Source of the DNA: an uncultured Gemmatimonadales bacterium
GTDB lineage: Bacteria > Gemmatimonadota > Gemmatimonadetes > Gemmatimonadales > GWC2-71-9
Length of the DNA stretch: 64,000 bases
Direction of reading: 5' to 3'
Assembly: GCA_963828735.1 (NCBI GenBank)
Contig: CAWHFW010000005.1
Coordinates: 608,001-672,000, forward strand
Each line of letters begins with the position of its first letter. Position 1 is the first letter of the stretch. Positions 1 through 13,545 of the stretch are shown piece after piece. Below the pieces are notes generated by a model, which saw only the letters and a list, made by a program, of their open reading frames with translations, made no database searches and was not told the origin of the DNA. The translations under genes and the position numbers were made by a program.

Positions 1-391
1 CGAGCCCGCGCCGGGCGGGACAGAGACGGTGCTCGTGGTGGAGGACGAGGACGCGGTACGGCATCTGGTTTGCCGAGTGCTCCGCTCCAAGGGCTATCGT
101 GTGCTCGACGCGGCGCACGGCGAGGCGGCGCTGCTCGTGGCCGGCTCGACGCAGGAGCCGATCGATCTCCTCATCACCGACATGGTCATGCCCGGGATGG
201 GCGGCACCGCCCTCGCGACGGAGCTCGTGGCCGTGCGTCCCTCGCTCCGGGTCCTCTTCATCACCGGCTACGCGCCGGAGGCGATCGAGCGCCGCGGCGA
301 GCTGGCCGACGCGAGCGGGTTGCTCGAGAAGCCGTTCAGCGCGGACCAGCTGGCCCGCAAGGTTCGCGAGGTGCTCGCCGCCACCGTCTGA
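1..391 (+). CDS. C-terminal receiver (REC) domain, probably of a hybrid sensor kinase; 5' truncated by window edge
   Basis: VLVVEDE...DLLITDMVMPGMGG...FITGY...LEKPF receiver motifs; frame is open to the window start. Confidence 0.85.
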   Translation, partial: EPAPGGTETVLVVEDEDAVRHLVCRVLRSKGYRVLDAAHGEAALLVAGSTQEPIDLLITDMVMPGMGGTALATELVAVRPSLRVLFITGYAPEAIERRGELADASGLLEKPFSADQLARKVREVLAATV

Positions 392-439
392 CCACGCAGG
401 CTCGCGTCCCGCCGCCGCGGGGCGTTACCTTCCCGCGCC

Positions 440-1399
440 ATGCTCCCATCGCTCCTCGCCGTGACGCCGCCCGGTGCGCTCGACCTCACCGGCGAAGCCG
501 CCCGGCGCCGCCGCCAGCTCCAGCGCGCCGCGATGGCGGTGCTGGAGCACGCGGCGTACGAGGAGCTCATTCCGCCGACGCTGGAGTATCAGGAGACGTT
601 CCTCCGGGCCGGTGGCGCCGCGGTCGCCGAGCGGCTGATCCGTTTTCCGGATCGCGACGGCCGCATTCTCGCGCTCCGATACGATTTCACCGCGAGCCTC
701 GCCCGCGTCGCCGCGACCACCTTCGCGGACACCGCCCGGACGCTGCGGCTCTGTTACTCGGGCACCGTGTATCGCCAGGAGCCCGAGCGCGGGGGCCGGC
801 CGCGCGAGATGCTCCAGGTCGGCGCCGAGCTACTCGGCGAGGCAGGCCTGGCCGCGGATGTCGAGGTCGTCCGGCTCTCGATCGCGCTGCTTCGCGCCGC
901 GGGCATCCAGGATTTCCAGGTGAACGTGGGCCACGTGGGCGTGCTCGCACCGGGCCTCGCGGCGCTGACCGAGGACGTGCGCGCGGATGTGCGTCGCTGG
1001 ATCGACCGGAAGGATCGCGGCAGCCTGGGGCGGGCGCTCGCCGACGCGCGCGGCGACGCGGCCACATTGGCGGTGCTGCCCTTCGTCATCGGGCGCCGCG
1101 AGGCGCTGACCCGCGCCCTCGGCCTCGCACCACGCGCCGCGATCGAAGGGCTGGAGCACCTCCTCGCGCTCGACCGTGCGCTCGCCCCGGAGGAGCGGAC
1201 CCACGTCGTGTACGACCTCGGCGAAGTACGGGGGCTCGAGTACTACACGGGGATGCACTTCGAGGTGTTCGTCGCGGGGGCGGGCCGGGCCGCGGGCGCC
1301 GGGGGCCGTTACGACGAGCTGATGGCGCGGTTCGGGCGGCCGATGCCCGCCGTGGGCCTCTCGCTCGACCTCGACACGATTGCGGAGGTGCCGCGATGA
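440..1399 (+). CDS. hisZ: ATP phosphoribosyltransferase regulatory subunit
   Basis: HisRS-like motifs LALRYDFT, YYTGMHFEVF, GGRYDEL; overlaps start of short hisG (ATGA). Confidence 0.92.
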   Translation: MLPSLLAVTPPGALDLTGEAARRRRQLQRAAMAVLEHAAYEELIPPTLEYQETFLRAGGAAVAERLIRFPDRDGRILALRYDFTASLARVAATTFADTARTLRLCYSGTVYRQEPERGGRPREMLQVGAELLGEAGLAADVEVVRLSIALLRAAGIQDFQVNVGHVGVLAPGLAALTEDVRADVRRWIDRKDRGSLGRALADARGDAATLAVLPFVIGRREALTRALGLAPRAAIEGLEHLLALDRALAPEERTHVVYDLGEVRGLEYYTGMHFEVFVAGAGRAAGAGGRYDELMARFGRPMPAVGLSLDLDTIAEVPR

Positions 1400-2019
1400 C
1401 GCGGCTTCGGGTCGCCCTCGCCAAAGGACGCCTCTACGAGCCGTCGGTGGAGCGCTTCAGCCGAGCCGGGGCGACGCCGGCCGCGGACGCCGGCCGTCGC
1501 CTGCTCATCCCGTCGAGCGATCCGGCGATCGAGTTTCTCGCCGTGAAACCGGCTGACGTGCCGGTGTACGTGGAGTCCGGCGCGGCGGACATTGGCGTCA
1601 CCGGCACGGACGTCCTCCGAGAGACCGGCGCGGACGTGCTCGAGCCGCTGGAGCTGGGATTCGGGTTCTGCAGGCTGAGTGTCGCGGCCCCCAGCGACGC
1701 ACCCTACCCGGCGCTCCCCGGGGGCATCGCGGCTCGCGTCGCGACCAAGTACCCGCGCCTCGCGCAGGCACACTTCGGCGCGGCGGGGCGGCCGGTCGAC
1801 ATCATTCAGGTGAACGGATCGGTGGAGGTCGCGCCACTGCTGGGGCTGGCCCACTGGATCGTGGATCTGGTGGATACCGGGAACACGCTTCGAGCGAACG
1901 GCCTGATCGAGCGCGAGGTTGTCCTGCAGTGCGGGGCCATCCTCGTGGCCAACCGCGCGGCGCAAAAGCTCAAGCTGGACGCCTACCTCGATCTCATGGA
2001 GCGACTGGAGCGCGCGTAG
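1396..2019 (+). CDS. hisG: ATP phosphoribosyltransferase, short form
   Basis: RVALAKGRL, DVPVYVESGAADIGVTG, VATKYP, GSVEVAP, IVDLVDTGNTLRANGL; ATG at 1396. Confidence 0.95.
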   Translation: MTRLRVALAKGRLYEPSVERFSRAGATPAADAGRRLLIPSSDPAIEFLAVKPADVPVYVESGAADIGVTGTDVLRETGADVLEPLELGFGFCRLSVAAPSDAPYPALPGGIAARVATKYPRLAQAHFGAAGRPVDIIQVNGSVEVAPLLGLAHWIVDLVDTGNTLRANGLIEREVVLQCGAILVANRAAQKLKLDAYLDLMERLERA

Positions 2020-2069
2020 CTCCCGGAGGCCGGCCCGCGGGTGCGAGCCGGAGCCGGGCCGCCGCCGGG

Positions 2070-2975
2070 TTACCGCCTGCCGGCGAGCTTGACCGCGAGC
2101 TCGACCGCCGCGCGCATGCTCGAGGCGTCCGCCTTTCCCGACCCCGCAATGTCGAGCGCCGTCCCATGGTCCGGCGACGTTCGGGGAAACGGCAGACCGA
2201 GGGTGACGTTCACCGCTCGCCCGAACGACGCCACCTTGATCGCGGTCATCCCCACGTCGTGATACGGCGCGAGCACTGCGTCGAACTCTCCCCGCATCGC
2301 GCGAACGAACACGGTATCGGCCGGCAAGGGTCCGATCGCCCCCAACGCCTCGGCGGCTGGTCGGAGCACCCGCTCCTCGTCGTCGCCGAAAAGCCCGCTC
2401 TCGCCGGCATGCGGGTTGACCGCGCACACGGCCAGCCGAGGGGCGGCGATGCCGAACCAGTCGGCGAGTGCCTGGCGGGTGATCCTGCCGATCCGCGTGA
2501 CGCGCTCGACCGTGAGAAGCGCAGGCACGTCCCGGAACGGCACGTGGGTCGTGACTAGCACCACGCGGAGCTCGGGCGAGGCGAGCATCATCGCCACGTC
2601 CACGCCCCCCGCGAGCTTCGCCAGCCACTCGGTATGCCCCGGATACGGAAAGCCCGCGAGGTGGAGCGCGTGCTTGTGTGCCGGGGCGGTCACGATCGCG
2701 TCGACCTGACCCTTCAGGGCGAGCCCGGCCGCCGTCTCGACCGAATGGCCCGCGATCCGCCCGGCCCTGATCGTCCGGGCGCGGTCGTCGGGCCGGTCTC
2801 CGCTCCCGAGACCCCAGGTCCCCACGCCGACCCTGGCGGCCGCGGGGAGTGCGGCGATCTGATCCTCCGCGCCCACCACGGTGATCTCCGCGTCGAGCGG
2901 CTCGGCGAGGGCGGCCGCGACGATCTCCGGCCCGATTCCTCGCGGATCGCCGAGGGTGATGGCGACGCGGCTCAT
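2070..2975 (-). CDS. pdxA: 4-hydroxythreonine-4-phosphate dehydrogenase
   Basis: ITLGDPRGIGPE, GHTE, NPHAGESG, GPLPADT, RTSPDHGTALDIAG; follows surA. Confidence 0.95.
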   Translation of the reverse strand: MSRVAITLGDPRGIGPEIVAAALAEPLDAEITVVGAEDQIAALPAAARVGVGTWGLGSGDRPDDRARTIRAGRIAGHSVETAAGLALKGQVDAIVTAPAHKHALHLAGFPYPGHTEWLAKLAGGVDVAMMLASPELRVVLVTTHVPFRDVPALLTVERVTRIGRITRQALADWFGIAAPRLAVCAVNPHAGESGLFGDDEERVLRPAAEALGAIGPLPADTVFVRAMRGEFDAVLAPYHDVGMTAIKVASFGRAVNVTLGLPFPRTSPDHGTALDIAGSGKADASSMRAAVELAVKLAGRR

Positions 2976-3059
2976 CGAGCCGAAACGGCGACAGCGGAGA
3001 GGCCGTCCGGGCGCACGCCCTCGGTCCCCTCCGCCGTCTCCGCCCGCGCCGTCATCCAG

Positions 3060-4541
3060 TTAGGACCGGATGTCCACGTACGTCGCGCGCCGCAAGCGAT
3101 CGATGTAGCGCCGAATCGCGAGCTGCTGGCCCAGCTGCTCCCGGATGCGATCGCGGACGTCCTCGTAGCGGATGTCGCCCGGCGGCCGGCGCCCGATGAC
3201 CTGGACCACCACGAACTGGCTTCGTGAGCCGGCGCCCGGGAGCTCGAAGACCGGAGCGACCGACCCTGAATCCGCATCGCCAAGGGCCTTGGTGTACGCC
3301 TCGGGCACCTTGTCCACGGGGACGTTGTCCGCCTGTCGTTCGGCCGACGGGTCATGGTAGCGGCGCTGGAGCGAGTCGAAGGAGGCTCCGCGCATCACCA
3401 GCCGGCGCACCGAGTCCGCCAGGGTGCGGGCGCTGTCCACGTGCAGCGAATCGATATCCGGGATGAGCAGGATGTGCCGCGCCTGCACCTCGCCGGGCTG
3501 GACCCGCTCGACCTGGATGATGTGGAACCCGAAGGGCGATTCGACCGGATCCGAGATGGTTCCCGGGCGGAGGCCGAACGCTACTCGCTCGAACTCCGGC
3601 ACCATCACACCGCGCCGGAACCAGTTCAGCGACCCGCCCTGATCCTTCGAGCCCGGGTCCTGCGAGAAGCGCTTCGCCGCCGTGGCGAAGTCGGCGCCGC
3701 GGCGAAGCTCCAGGACGATCGAATCGGCCTGGGCCTTGGTCCGCGCCTTGGCCCCCGGGCTCGGGCGCGGGGCGATCACGATCTGACGGAACGAGATCGT
3801 CGCGGGCCGGGAGCCAAGATTGGCTTTCTGCTCGTCGAAGTACTCCCGCATCTCCGGCTCGGTGGGTGGGACCGCCTTCAGCTTCCCGTCCGACCGCAGC
3901 TTGTCGATGAGCCGATTCTGGAAGGCCGCGCGACGCTGCTGGTCGGTGAGCCAGCGGCGGTATTCCTCGGGCGTCTGAAAGCCCGCCTTCTTGAGCTCGT
4001 TCTTGTAGTCCAACTCGGACTGGAAGTTCGACCGGACCTTCTTCACCTGCTGCTCGACGCCGTCCGCGATCTCCTGGTCGGTCACCTTGATCGCGGTGTC
4101 CCGCTGCGCCTGTTGCACCAGCAGCTCCTCGTCCACGATCGAGCCGATGACCTGCTTGCGGATCGCCTCCAGCGAGTCGGGATCGTTGGGGACCTGCTGT
4201 CCCTGCGACTGGCGCGAGAAGATCTCCTCTTCCACCTGCGAGGCCAGCACCGGCCGATTCCCGACCACCGCGACGACGCGGTCCACCACCACCGCGGTGT
4301 CCGGCATCATCGCCATGGCGGGCGGATTCGCGCCCTCCGCCGCGGCCGATGTCGTGTCGGGCGCCGCCGCTGGCACCCGTGACTGCGGCGGCGCGAGCGG
4401 CGCCGAATCCGCCGGCGCCACCAAGGGCGCCGGCCGGGTGATGCCGGTCGTGTCCTGCGCCGCGAGCCGCGCGCCCACTGCGGGCCCGATCAGGGCCAGC
4501 CCGAGGAGCGCCCGGCCTACGCGGGTCCTGCCACCGATCAT
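3060..4541 (-). CDS. surA: SurA-type periplasmic parvulin PPIase/chaperone
   Basis: Signal peptide, VDRVVAVVG SurA N-domain, FSQDPGS..GG.L.WF..G.MVPEFE rotamase motif; upstream of pdxA. Confidence 0.8.
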   Translation of the reverse strand: MIGGRTRVGRALLGLALIGPAVGARLAAQDTTGITRPAPLVAPADSAPLAPPQSRVPAAAPDTTSAAAEGANPPAMAMMPDTAVVVDRVVAVVGNRPVLASQVEEEIFSRQSQGQQVPNDPDSLEAIRKQVIGSIVDEELLVQQAQRDTAIKVTDQEIADGVEQQVKKVRSNFQSELDYKNELKKAGFQTPEEYRRWLTDQQRRAAFQNRLIDKLRSDGKLKAVPPTEPEMREYFDEQKANLGSRPATISFRQIVIAPRPSPGAKARTKAQADSIVLELRRGADFATAAKRFSQDPGSKDQGGSLNWFRRGVMVPEFERVAFGLRPGTISDPVESPFGFHIIQVERVQPGEVQARHILLIPDIDSLHVDSARTLADSVRRLVMRGASFDSLQRRYHDPSAERQADNVPVDKVPEAYTKALGDADSGSVAPVFELPGAGSRSQFVVVQVIGRRPPGDIRYEDVRDRIREQLGQQLAIRRYIDRLRRATYVDIRS

Positions 4542-6043
4542 GGGCGCTTCGCTCCCGGGGCGGCCGGCGGCGGCGGCGCGGGCGCGGACGCACCAGGCGC
4601 GGCTCCCGGAGCCGGCTGCATGCCTGGCACCGGCGGCGGTCCGGGCGCCCGCTGCATCGGTCCCTTGGGCGCGCTCGAGTCCGCCTTGGCCTTGGCTTCC
4701 GCGGCGAGCTCGACCGCGCGAGCCACGCCCGCCTCGTGAACGGTGTAGGGCAGCCGTTCACGCAGGAGCGTCGCGAGCGCGGACGGGAGCGGCCGCAGGT
4801 GGGTCTTCCCGGCGATCAGGTCGTCGAAGTAGTGCTCGACCTTGAGGCCCGCCACCTTCTCACGCTCGCCGACGGCCACGCCGGAATCGGTGATGTCGCC
4901 GTCCTGCAGCCCCATCTCCAGCCGTAGCGTGTCGAGCTGGTCCTGGTAGCGCCGCTTCAGGGTGGCCCACTCGAGCGAGGTGATCTGGATCTTGTTCTGA
5001 TCGGCTTCGCGCAGGAGCAGCACGTTCTGCGTGAGGATGCGGGCGAAGCGGTTCAGCGTCGAGTCGCTCGCCTCGCGAAGCTGCTGCGAGTACTGAGGCG
5101 GCAGGGCGCGCACCCAGCGAAGGTAGTCCTTCACCGTGAGCTCGCCGCCAGTGAACTTCACCAGCGTCTTGGTCGACTTCCGACTCTCGTCCGGCGACTC
5201 GGCCGCCGCGCGCATCGCGACCGGCGCGCCGCTCACGACCTGGATCTTGTTCGCCGTGGCGAGGCTGTCCATGTAGAGCGAATCGAGATGCGCGCCGGCG
5301 CGCTCCTCGAGATAGTTGACGATGTGGCCGTGCGCCTCTTCCAGCGAGGGGCGCTTGATGATGTGGTAGCCGAAAGGCGTCTCCACCAGCCCGCTCACCT
5401 GCCCCGGCTGAAGCAGCCAGCCCACGCTGTCGAACGCCGGCACGAACCGGCCCTTGGGGCTCGGCGGGAGGTACCCGCTGTCGGCCCGGCTACCGGGATC
5501 CTCGGAAAGCGTCGCGGCGAGCTGGTCGAAGCTCGCGCCCTTCTTGATCTGCGCGAGCGTGGCCTCGGCCTTCTTCTTGACCGCGGTGCGTTGCGTCGCA
5601 TCGATGTTGGGCCGGGCGCCGAACAGGATGTGCTGGAGCAGCCGGGTGTCGGCCGACTTGTAGACGCTGTCCACCGCCGCGTCGCTGATCGATGTCCGGT
5701 GCGCCATCAGCGTGTCGTGCCAATGAGTTCCCTTGAGCTCGGAGATCTCCGGCCAGACCGCTTCGGCCACGCTGGCCGAGTCGAGCGGCAGCTGGCCATG
5801 CACCACGGCCTGGCCGAGCAACGCGTAATCCACCCAGACGTTCGCGACGTAGTCGGCGGTCTCGGTGTTGATCTTGACCCCCTTCCCGCCGGAGCTCAGA
5901 ATCTGCGCGAGCCGTTGCGCGGGAAGCTGCTGGCTGCCGGCCTCCGCGGCCACGTCGGCATGCGCCGAGAACAGGTCGCGGAACGAGTTACAGCCGACCA
6001 GGCCGGTCGCCAGGACCGCCATGAGGATCACGTTGCGTCGCAT
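4538..6043 (-). CDS. Lipoprotein parvulin-type peptidylprolyl isomerase
   Basis: Lipobox LVGC; HILF...LSEDPGS...FVPAFD...VETPFGYHII. Confidence 0.85.
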   Translation of the reverse strand: MRRNVILMAVLATGLVGCNSFRDLFSAHADVAAEAGSQQLPAQRLAQILSSGGKGVKINTETADYVANVWVDYALLGQAVVHGQLPLDSASVAEAVWPEISELKGTHWHDTLMAHRTSISDAAVDSVYKSADTRLLQHILFGARPNIDATQRTAVKKKAEATLAQIKKGASFDQLAATLSEDPGSRADSGYLPPSPKGRFVPAFDSVGWLLQPGQVSGLVETPFGYHIIKRPSLEEAHGHIVNYLEERAGAHLDSLYMDSLATANKIQVVSGAPVAMRAAAESPDESRKSTKTLVKFTGGELTVKDYLRWVRALPPQYSQQLREASDSTLNRFARILTQNVLLLREADQNKIQITSLEWATLKRRYQDQLDTLRLEMGLQDGDITDSGVAVGEREKVAGLKVEHYFDDLIAGKTHLRPLPSALATLLRERLPYTVHEAGVARAVELAAEAKAKADSSAPKGPMQRAPGPPPVPGMQPAPGAAPGASAPAPPPPAAPGAKRP

Positions 6044-6060
6044 GACATCTCCAAAAAGGG

Positions 6061-9425
<3,365 letters not shown>

Positions 9426-9429
<4 letters not shown>

Positions 9430-11213
9430 CGGGCTTGCCGCCTCCAGACGCTCGCGAGCGCGGTCTCGGCCAGCGCGAACAACAGCGCCGCCCAGAGCAG
9501 CGGGCCGCGGAGGTCGCCGCGCGCGGCGCCGGTGAACACCGCGTCCCCCATGTCGTCCAGCGACACGAGACGCGCCTGGTTCCAGAGTCGCCGCACCTGG
9601 GCGTCGGTGGCGGGGGCGAGCAACGATTCGCGCGGATCGATGTTGGCTGTGATCGCCCCGACGGTGTCGTCGCCCGAGACGAGGAAGTAGGCGCCGGGCT
9701 CGCCCGGCCGGAACACGCCGCCGCCCTCCACCCGCCAGTCCCGCTCGCCCTGGCGGACGTCCGAGACGAGGTCGGGCAGCGGCACGGGATCGCCCGGCGC
9801 GCCGTCCTCCAGCGACACCTCGCCGCGCGCCAGCCGGTTCACCAACGCGTCCATGAACGGCATGAACCCGGCGTGGATCGGCAGGTCGGTCCACGCCGGA
9901 TCCAGGCGACTTCCGAGGAGCACCACGTTGCCGCTGCGGACCAGCCAGGGCGAGCCGTTCACGGTGGCGAGCACACCGGTGCGGCCGCTCTGCCCGGTCT
10001 GCAGCTCGTACCTCCGAAGCACGCGCACGCGGCCGACCAGGATGCCGCTGTCGGTCGTCGCGGGCTCGATCCGGGGCGCGCCATATCGCCAGGAAACGCC
10101 GCGGGCCGCGAGCGCCCGATTGAGCGCGCCCAGCTCCGCGGGATCCTCCGGCGGCTGGACGATCGAGCTCCCGCGCCCGAGACGGCCGAGCGTCACGTCA
10201 CGACCGCGGGAGATGCGGCGGTTCGACTCGAGCACCTCGCAGGCGGCGGCGATGAACCGGCTTGCCGAATCCCAGTCCACGCGCGCGACGGGCGCCACCC
10301 GGACCACCCCGACGCGCCGGTCGTCCAGTCGGAGCTCATCGGGATCGAGCTCCGCATCGGCGCTCCACCAGCCCGGCCCGACGCCGGGCATCGCCAGCAC
10401 CGCGGCACCGCCCACTCGGGCGAGCGCCTGGCGCGGCGGCCGCGTGCCGAGTCGGGCCGTCACGGGCGTCCCCTCGCCGGAATCGCCGACCAGCGAGACC
10501 GTGAGGCGCCCGCCGTCGCCACCCCACGGCTGCGGTCCGGTCTCGAGCCGGGCGATCCCGACGTTTCGCGGTGGGGGCTGGTCGGGCCGCCCCACGACGA
10601 GCGGCAGGTGGAGGTCGGCCGGCGAGACCGCGCTCGCCTGCAGATCGGTGAGCAGCGCGATCTCGCCCGGGCGCGACTCACCAGCGAGCACCTCCGCCGC
10701 CAGTCCGAGCGCCGCGCCCAGGTCGAGCCGGCGCGAGCTCAGCGGCAGCGTGGCCACTTGATCGAGCAGCGTCTGCCGGCCCCCGCGTCGGGGAACGCCG
10801 TCGGCGGCCAGCAGCCAGAGCGCGTCGTCGGGCGTCGCGCGGTCGAGCACCCGACGGGCCGCGGCCTGCAGCTCCGCCAGACGCGCCGTCCCCGCGACGA
10901 CGACGCCGCTGCTGGGCGAGTTGTCGACCACGAGCACCAGCGCGCTCGGTGCATGCCCGGCGATCCCGCGTCGCGGCAGCGTCGGTCCGGCCGCGGCCAG
11001 CACGAGCGCGACGATGAGCAGCGTGCGGAACAGCAACAGGAGCAGATGTTGGAGCTTGAGCCGGCGCTGGTGCTCCTGGGTGGTCGTGATCAGGTAGCGC
11101 ACCGCGGGAAAGACGACGGTCGGCGGCTCCCGCCGCGCCAGCAGATGGAGCAGCAGCGGAATCGCGGCGGCGGCGAGCCCGACGAGCGCCCAGGGCTGAA
11201 GGAACGCGATCAT
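9426..11213 (-). CDS. BatA/VWA-domain membrane protein
   Basis: N-terminal 'FLQPWALVGLAAAAIPLLLHLL...FPAVRYL' BatA motif, VVDNSPSS MIDAS-like motif, C-terminal TM. Confidence 0.8.
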
Positions 11214-12136
11214 GCCGTTCTGGAGGATGGTGCGAGCGCTTCGCGCAGCACGATGCCGTACGGCGTGTCCGTCGTCACCCGGTGGTAGGCGATGCCGTGG
11301 CGCCGGCACGCGAGCCGCCACTCCTTCACGACCGCGCGCACGGTCTCCTGATAGGGCGCGGCCCAGTCGCGCGGGCGAAGGACGACTGCGGCGCGCGACT
11401 CGGGGTCCTCGAACCGCGCCTCCGTCGGCCCGCCGAGCGCCACTTCGCCGGGGTCCATCACGTGGAGCACCAGCACCTGGTGCCCGCGATGGCGCAGGAA
11501 GCGGAGCGCCTTGAGCGCCAGCTCGCGGTCGAACAGCAGGTCGGAGACGAATACGACGAGCCCGCGCCGGCGAAGCTGGTGCACCACGCGCCGGAGGGCC
11601 GGCTCCGCGGCCGTTCCGAGGCCCGCCTCCAGGGCCCCCAGCGTCCCGAGCAGCTGCCGCCAGTGGCTCAAGCGCGCGCGAGGCGGCAGCACGGTCCTGA
11701 CGTCGTCGTCGAACGTGATGAGGCCCGTCGCGTCGCGTTGGCGCAGCAGGATCAGGGAGAGCGCGGCGATGAGCCGCTGCGCGTAGGCGAGCTTCGGCAG
11801 CACGGTGTCCGGGCTGCCGGTCCAGGCCATCGAGCGACTGGCATCACACACCACCATGGCGCGGAGGTTGGTCTCCTCCTCGAACTGCTTGACGTACAGG
11901 CGGTCGTTGCGGCCGAGGATCTTCCAGTCCACGTAGCGGAGCTCATCGCCAGGCTGATACATCCGGTGCTCGGCGAACTCGACGGAAAACCCTCTTCTGG
12001 GCGATCGGTGGAGGCCGGACAGAAAGCCTTCGACGACCCCTTCGGTAATGACTTCCAGCCCGCCCAGCTTGGAGACCTCGAAAGGGTCGAGCAGGTCGAG
12101 TCGGGGGCGGTTCTGGACTGCAGCGGGGCGGTTCAT
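11210..12136 (-). CDS. DUF58 family protein (MoxR-associated, VWA-like)
   Basis: GLHRSPRRGFSVEFAEHRMYQPGDELRYVDWK, YVKQFEEE, DASRSM. Confidence 0.9.
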   Translation of the reverse strand: MNRPAAVQNRPRLDLLDPFEVSKLGGLEVITEGVVEGFLSGLHRSPRRGFSVEFAEHRMYQPGDELRYVDWKILGRNDRLYVKQFEEETNLRAMVVCDASRSMAWTGSPDTVLPKLAYAQRLIAALSLILLRQRDATGLITFDDDVRTVLPPRARLSHWRQLLGTLGALEAGLGTAAEPALRRVVHQLRRRGLVVFVSDLLFDRELALKALRFLRHRGHQVLVLHVMDPGEVALGGPTEARFEDPESRAAVVLRPRDWAAPYQETVRAVVKEWRLACRRHGIAYHRVTTDTPYGIVLREALAPSSRTA

Positions 12137-12347
12137 GCAGGCGTGAATCGTAGGGGAGTGGGGAGGCGGAGGCAATCGGGAAGACCCTCCTCCAAGGCTC
12201 CCTGAAGCTCGAGCATCGAGCTGGCGAGCGGCGCGTTTCCCCGGTGAGGCAGCAGCGTCCAGTGGATAGGACGGCCGGCCCGGTCGCGCCTCCAGCTCCC
12301 CATCGCGAAGGCTTTATGTGCACCCATCTTATGTCGACACCCCATCC

Positions 12348-12363
12348 TGGCACACCGCCTGCT
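12348..12363 (+). promoter_or_regulatory. Putative sigma-54 (-24/-12) promoter of the DUF4384 gene
   Basis: TGGCACACCGCCTGCT = GG-N10-GC, close to consensus TGGCACN5TTGC; GGAGG RBS follows at ~12393. Confidence 0.6.
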
Positions 12364-12398
12364 GAGAACGGACCGATTGCTTCGAGCACATCGGAGGC

Positions 12399-13478
12399 TT
12401 GATGCTCGTCACGCTGGGATGGGCGCTGCTGGCCGGCGTCCCCCCCACCCGAACCCCCGCACAGCTGGACCTCTCTCCTCCCGCCCACGTTTCGGCGGCG
12501 GGTCGAGTCGCGGTCTGGACCGATCGTGACGCGCCGTACGCCCGCGGCGAAGGGGCGGAGGTCTACCTCCGCGTGGACGAGTCATCGTATGTCGCCGTAT
12601 TTCGGGTGGACACGGACGGCAGGGTCCGCGTCTTGTTCCCGCAGGAGCCGTGGGCCGACGCCTATGTGCGCCCGGGACGCGATCTCGAAGTCACCGGGCA
12701 ACGCGACGGTCGCGCCTTCCTCGTCGATGACGATCCCGGCATGGGGTACCTCTTCGCCATCGCCTCCGCCGACCCGCTCGACTTCCGCGACATCACCCGG
12801 GGTGACTACTGGGACTATCGTCTGATCGACGGCGGACGAATTCAGGGCGATCCCTACGTCCGGCTCACCGACCTGGCGGCGCGGCTCGCGCCAGCCGGCC
12901 ACTACGACTACGACATTGCGCCGTACTACGTCGACCACCACTACGACTACCCACGCTTCGTCTGCTACGACTGTCACGCCTACGCCAGCTACCGCGACTG
13001 GGACCCCTACCGCTCCTCGTGCACCCGCTACCGCGTGGTGATCCGGGACGATCCCCGGTATTACCCCTACCGCTATGGCGGCCGCAACGTCATCGCGGAC
13101 CGGCTCGCCCACCCCGGTCCCCGGTACGTCTTCCGGGATGCGGATCCGCGACTCCCCGCGGTGACCCGTGGGGCGCTCGAGCGGCGCGGGAAGGAGGACG
13201 AGCCGGGTCGCACCAGCGACGACATCGGCGGACGCGGGTCGGTGCCGGCGCCCAGGGTCCAGGCGTTGCGTCGGCCCGAGGCCGACGTCGCGCCCCAGCT
13301 CTCGCCGGTACGGCCGCTCCTCGACGAGCGGCGCCGGGCGGAGCGCCGGCGCGAGGCCCAGCCGCAGGGCTCCCGCCAGGGCAACGACAGCTCGCGCGAC
13401 GTGCCCGACGGCCTGCGCCCGTCGACCTCGGAGCCCCGGAGCACGGGAGAGCCCGAGCTGCGCCGCCGGCGCCCCTGA
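12399..13478 (+). CDS. Secreted DUF4384-like protein with CxxCH motif and low-complexity C-terminal tail
   Basis: Signal-like N-terminus; 'VWTDR..Y..GE...VYLRVDE..YVAVFRVDTDGRVRVLFP' DUF4384 pattern; CYDCH. Confidence 0.7.
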   Translation: MMLVTLGWALLAGVPPTRTPAQLDLSPPAHVSAAGRVAVWTDRDAPYARGEGAEVYLRVDESSYVAVFRVDTDGRVRVLFPQEPWADAYVRPGRDLEVTGQRDGRAFLVDDDPGMGYLFAIASADPLDFRDITRGDYWDYRLIDGGRIQGDPYVRLTDLAARLAPAGHYDYDIAPYYVDHHYDYPRFVCYDCHAYASYRDWDPYRSSCTRYRVVIRDDPRYYPYRYGGRNVIADRLAHPGPRYVFRDADPRLPAVTRGALERRGKEDEPGRTSDDIGGRGSVPAPRVQALRRPEADVAPQLSPVRPLLDERRRAERRREAQPQGSRQGNDSSRDVPDGLRPSTSEPRSTGEPELRRRRP

Positions 13479-13545
13479 GCGAGCGCACCCCGCTATAATC
13501 CGCCGGCGTTCGTTCGCCGGCATCCTCCACCAGGACCGTCCCCAT

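Noticed and set aside
70..1395. Long N-terminal extension of HisG (649-aa ORF), and similar extensions in ORFs 16760..19306, 39794..43498, 13168..15060 and 6061..9894
   Set aside because: These Arg/Pro/Gly-rich extensions are off-frame readings of upstream genes in high-GC DNA; the true starts are internal.
12225..12298. tRNA-Sec or SRP RNA, suggested by CCGGTGAGGC and GCAGCAGC
   Set aside because: No TCA anticodon arm or TTCGA T-loop, and the SRP CAGG..GGAA..AGCAG core is incomplete.
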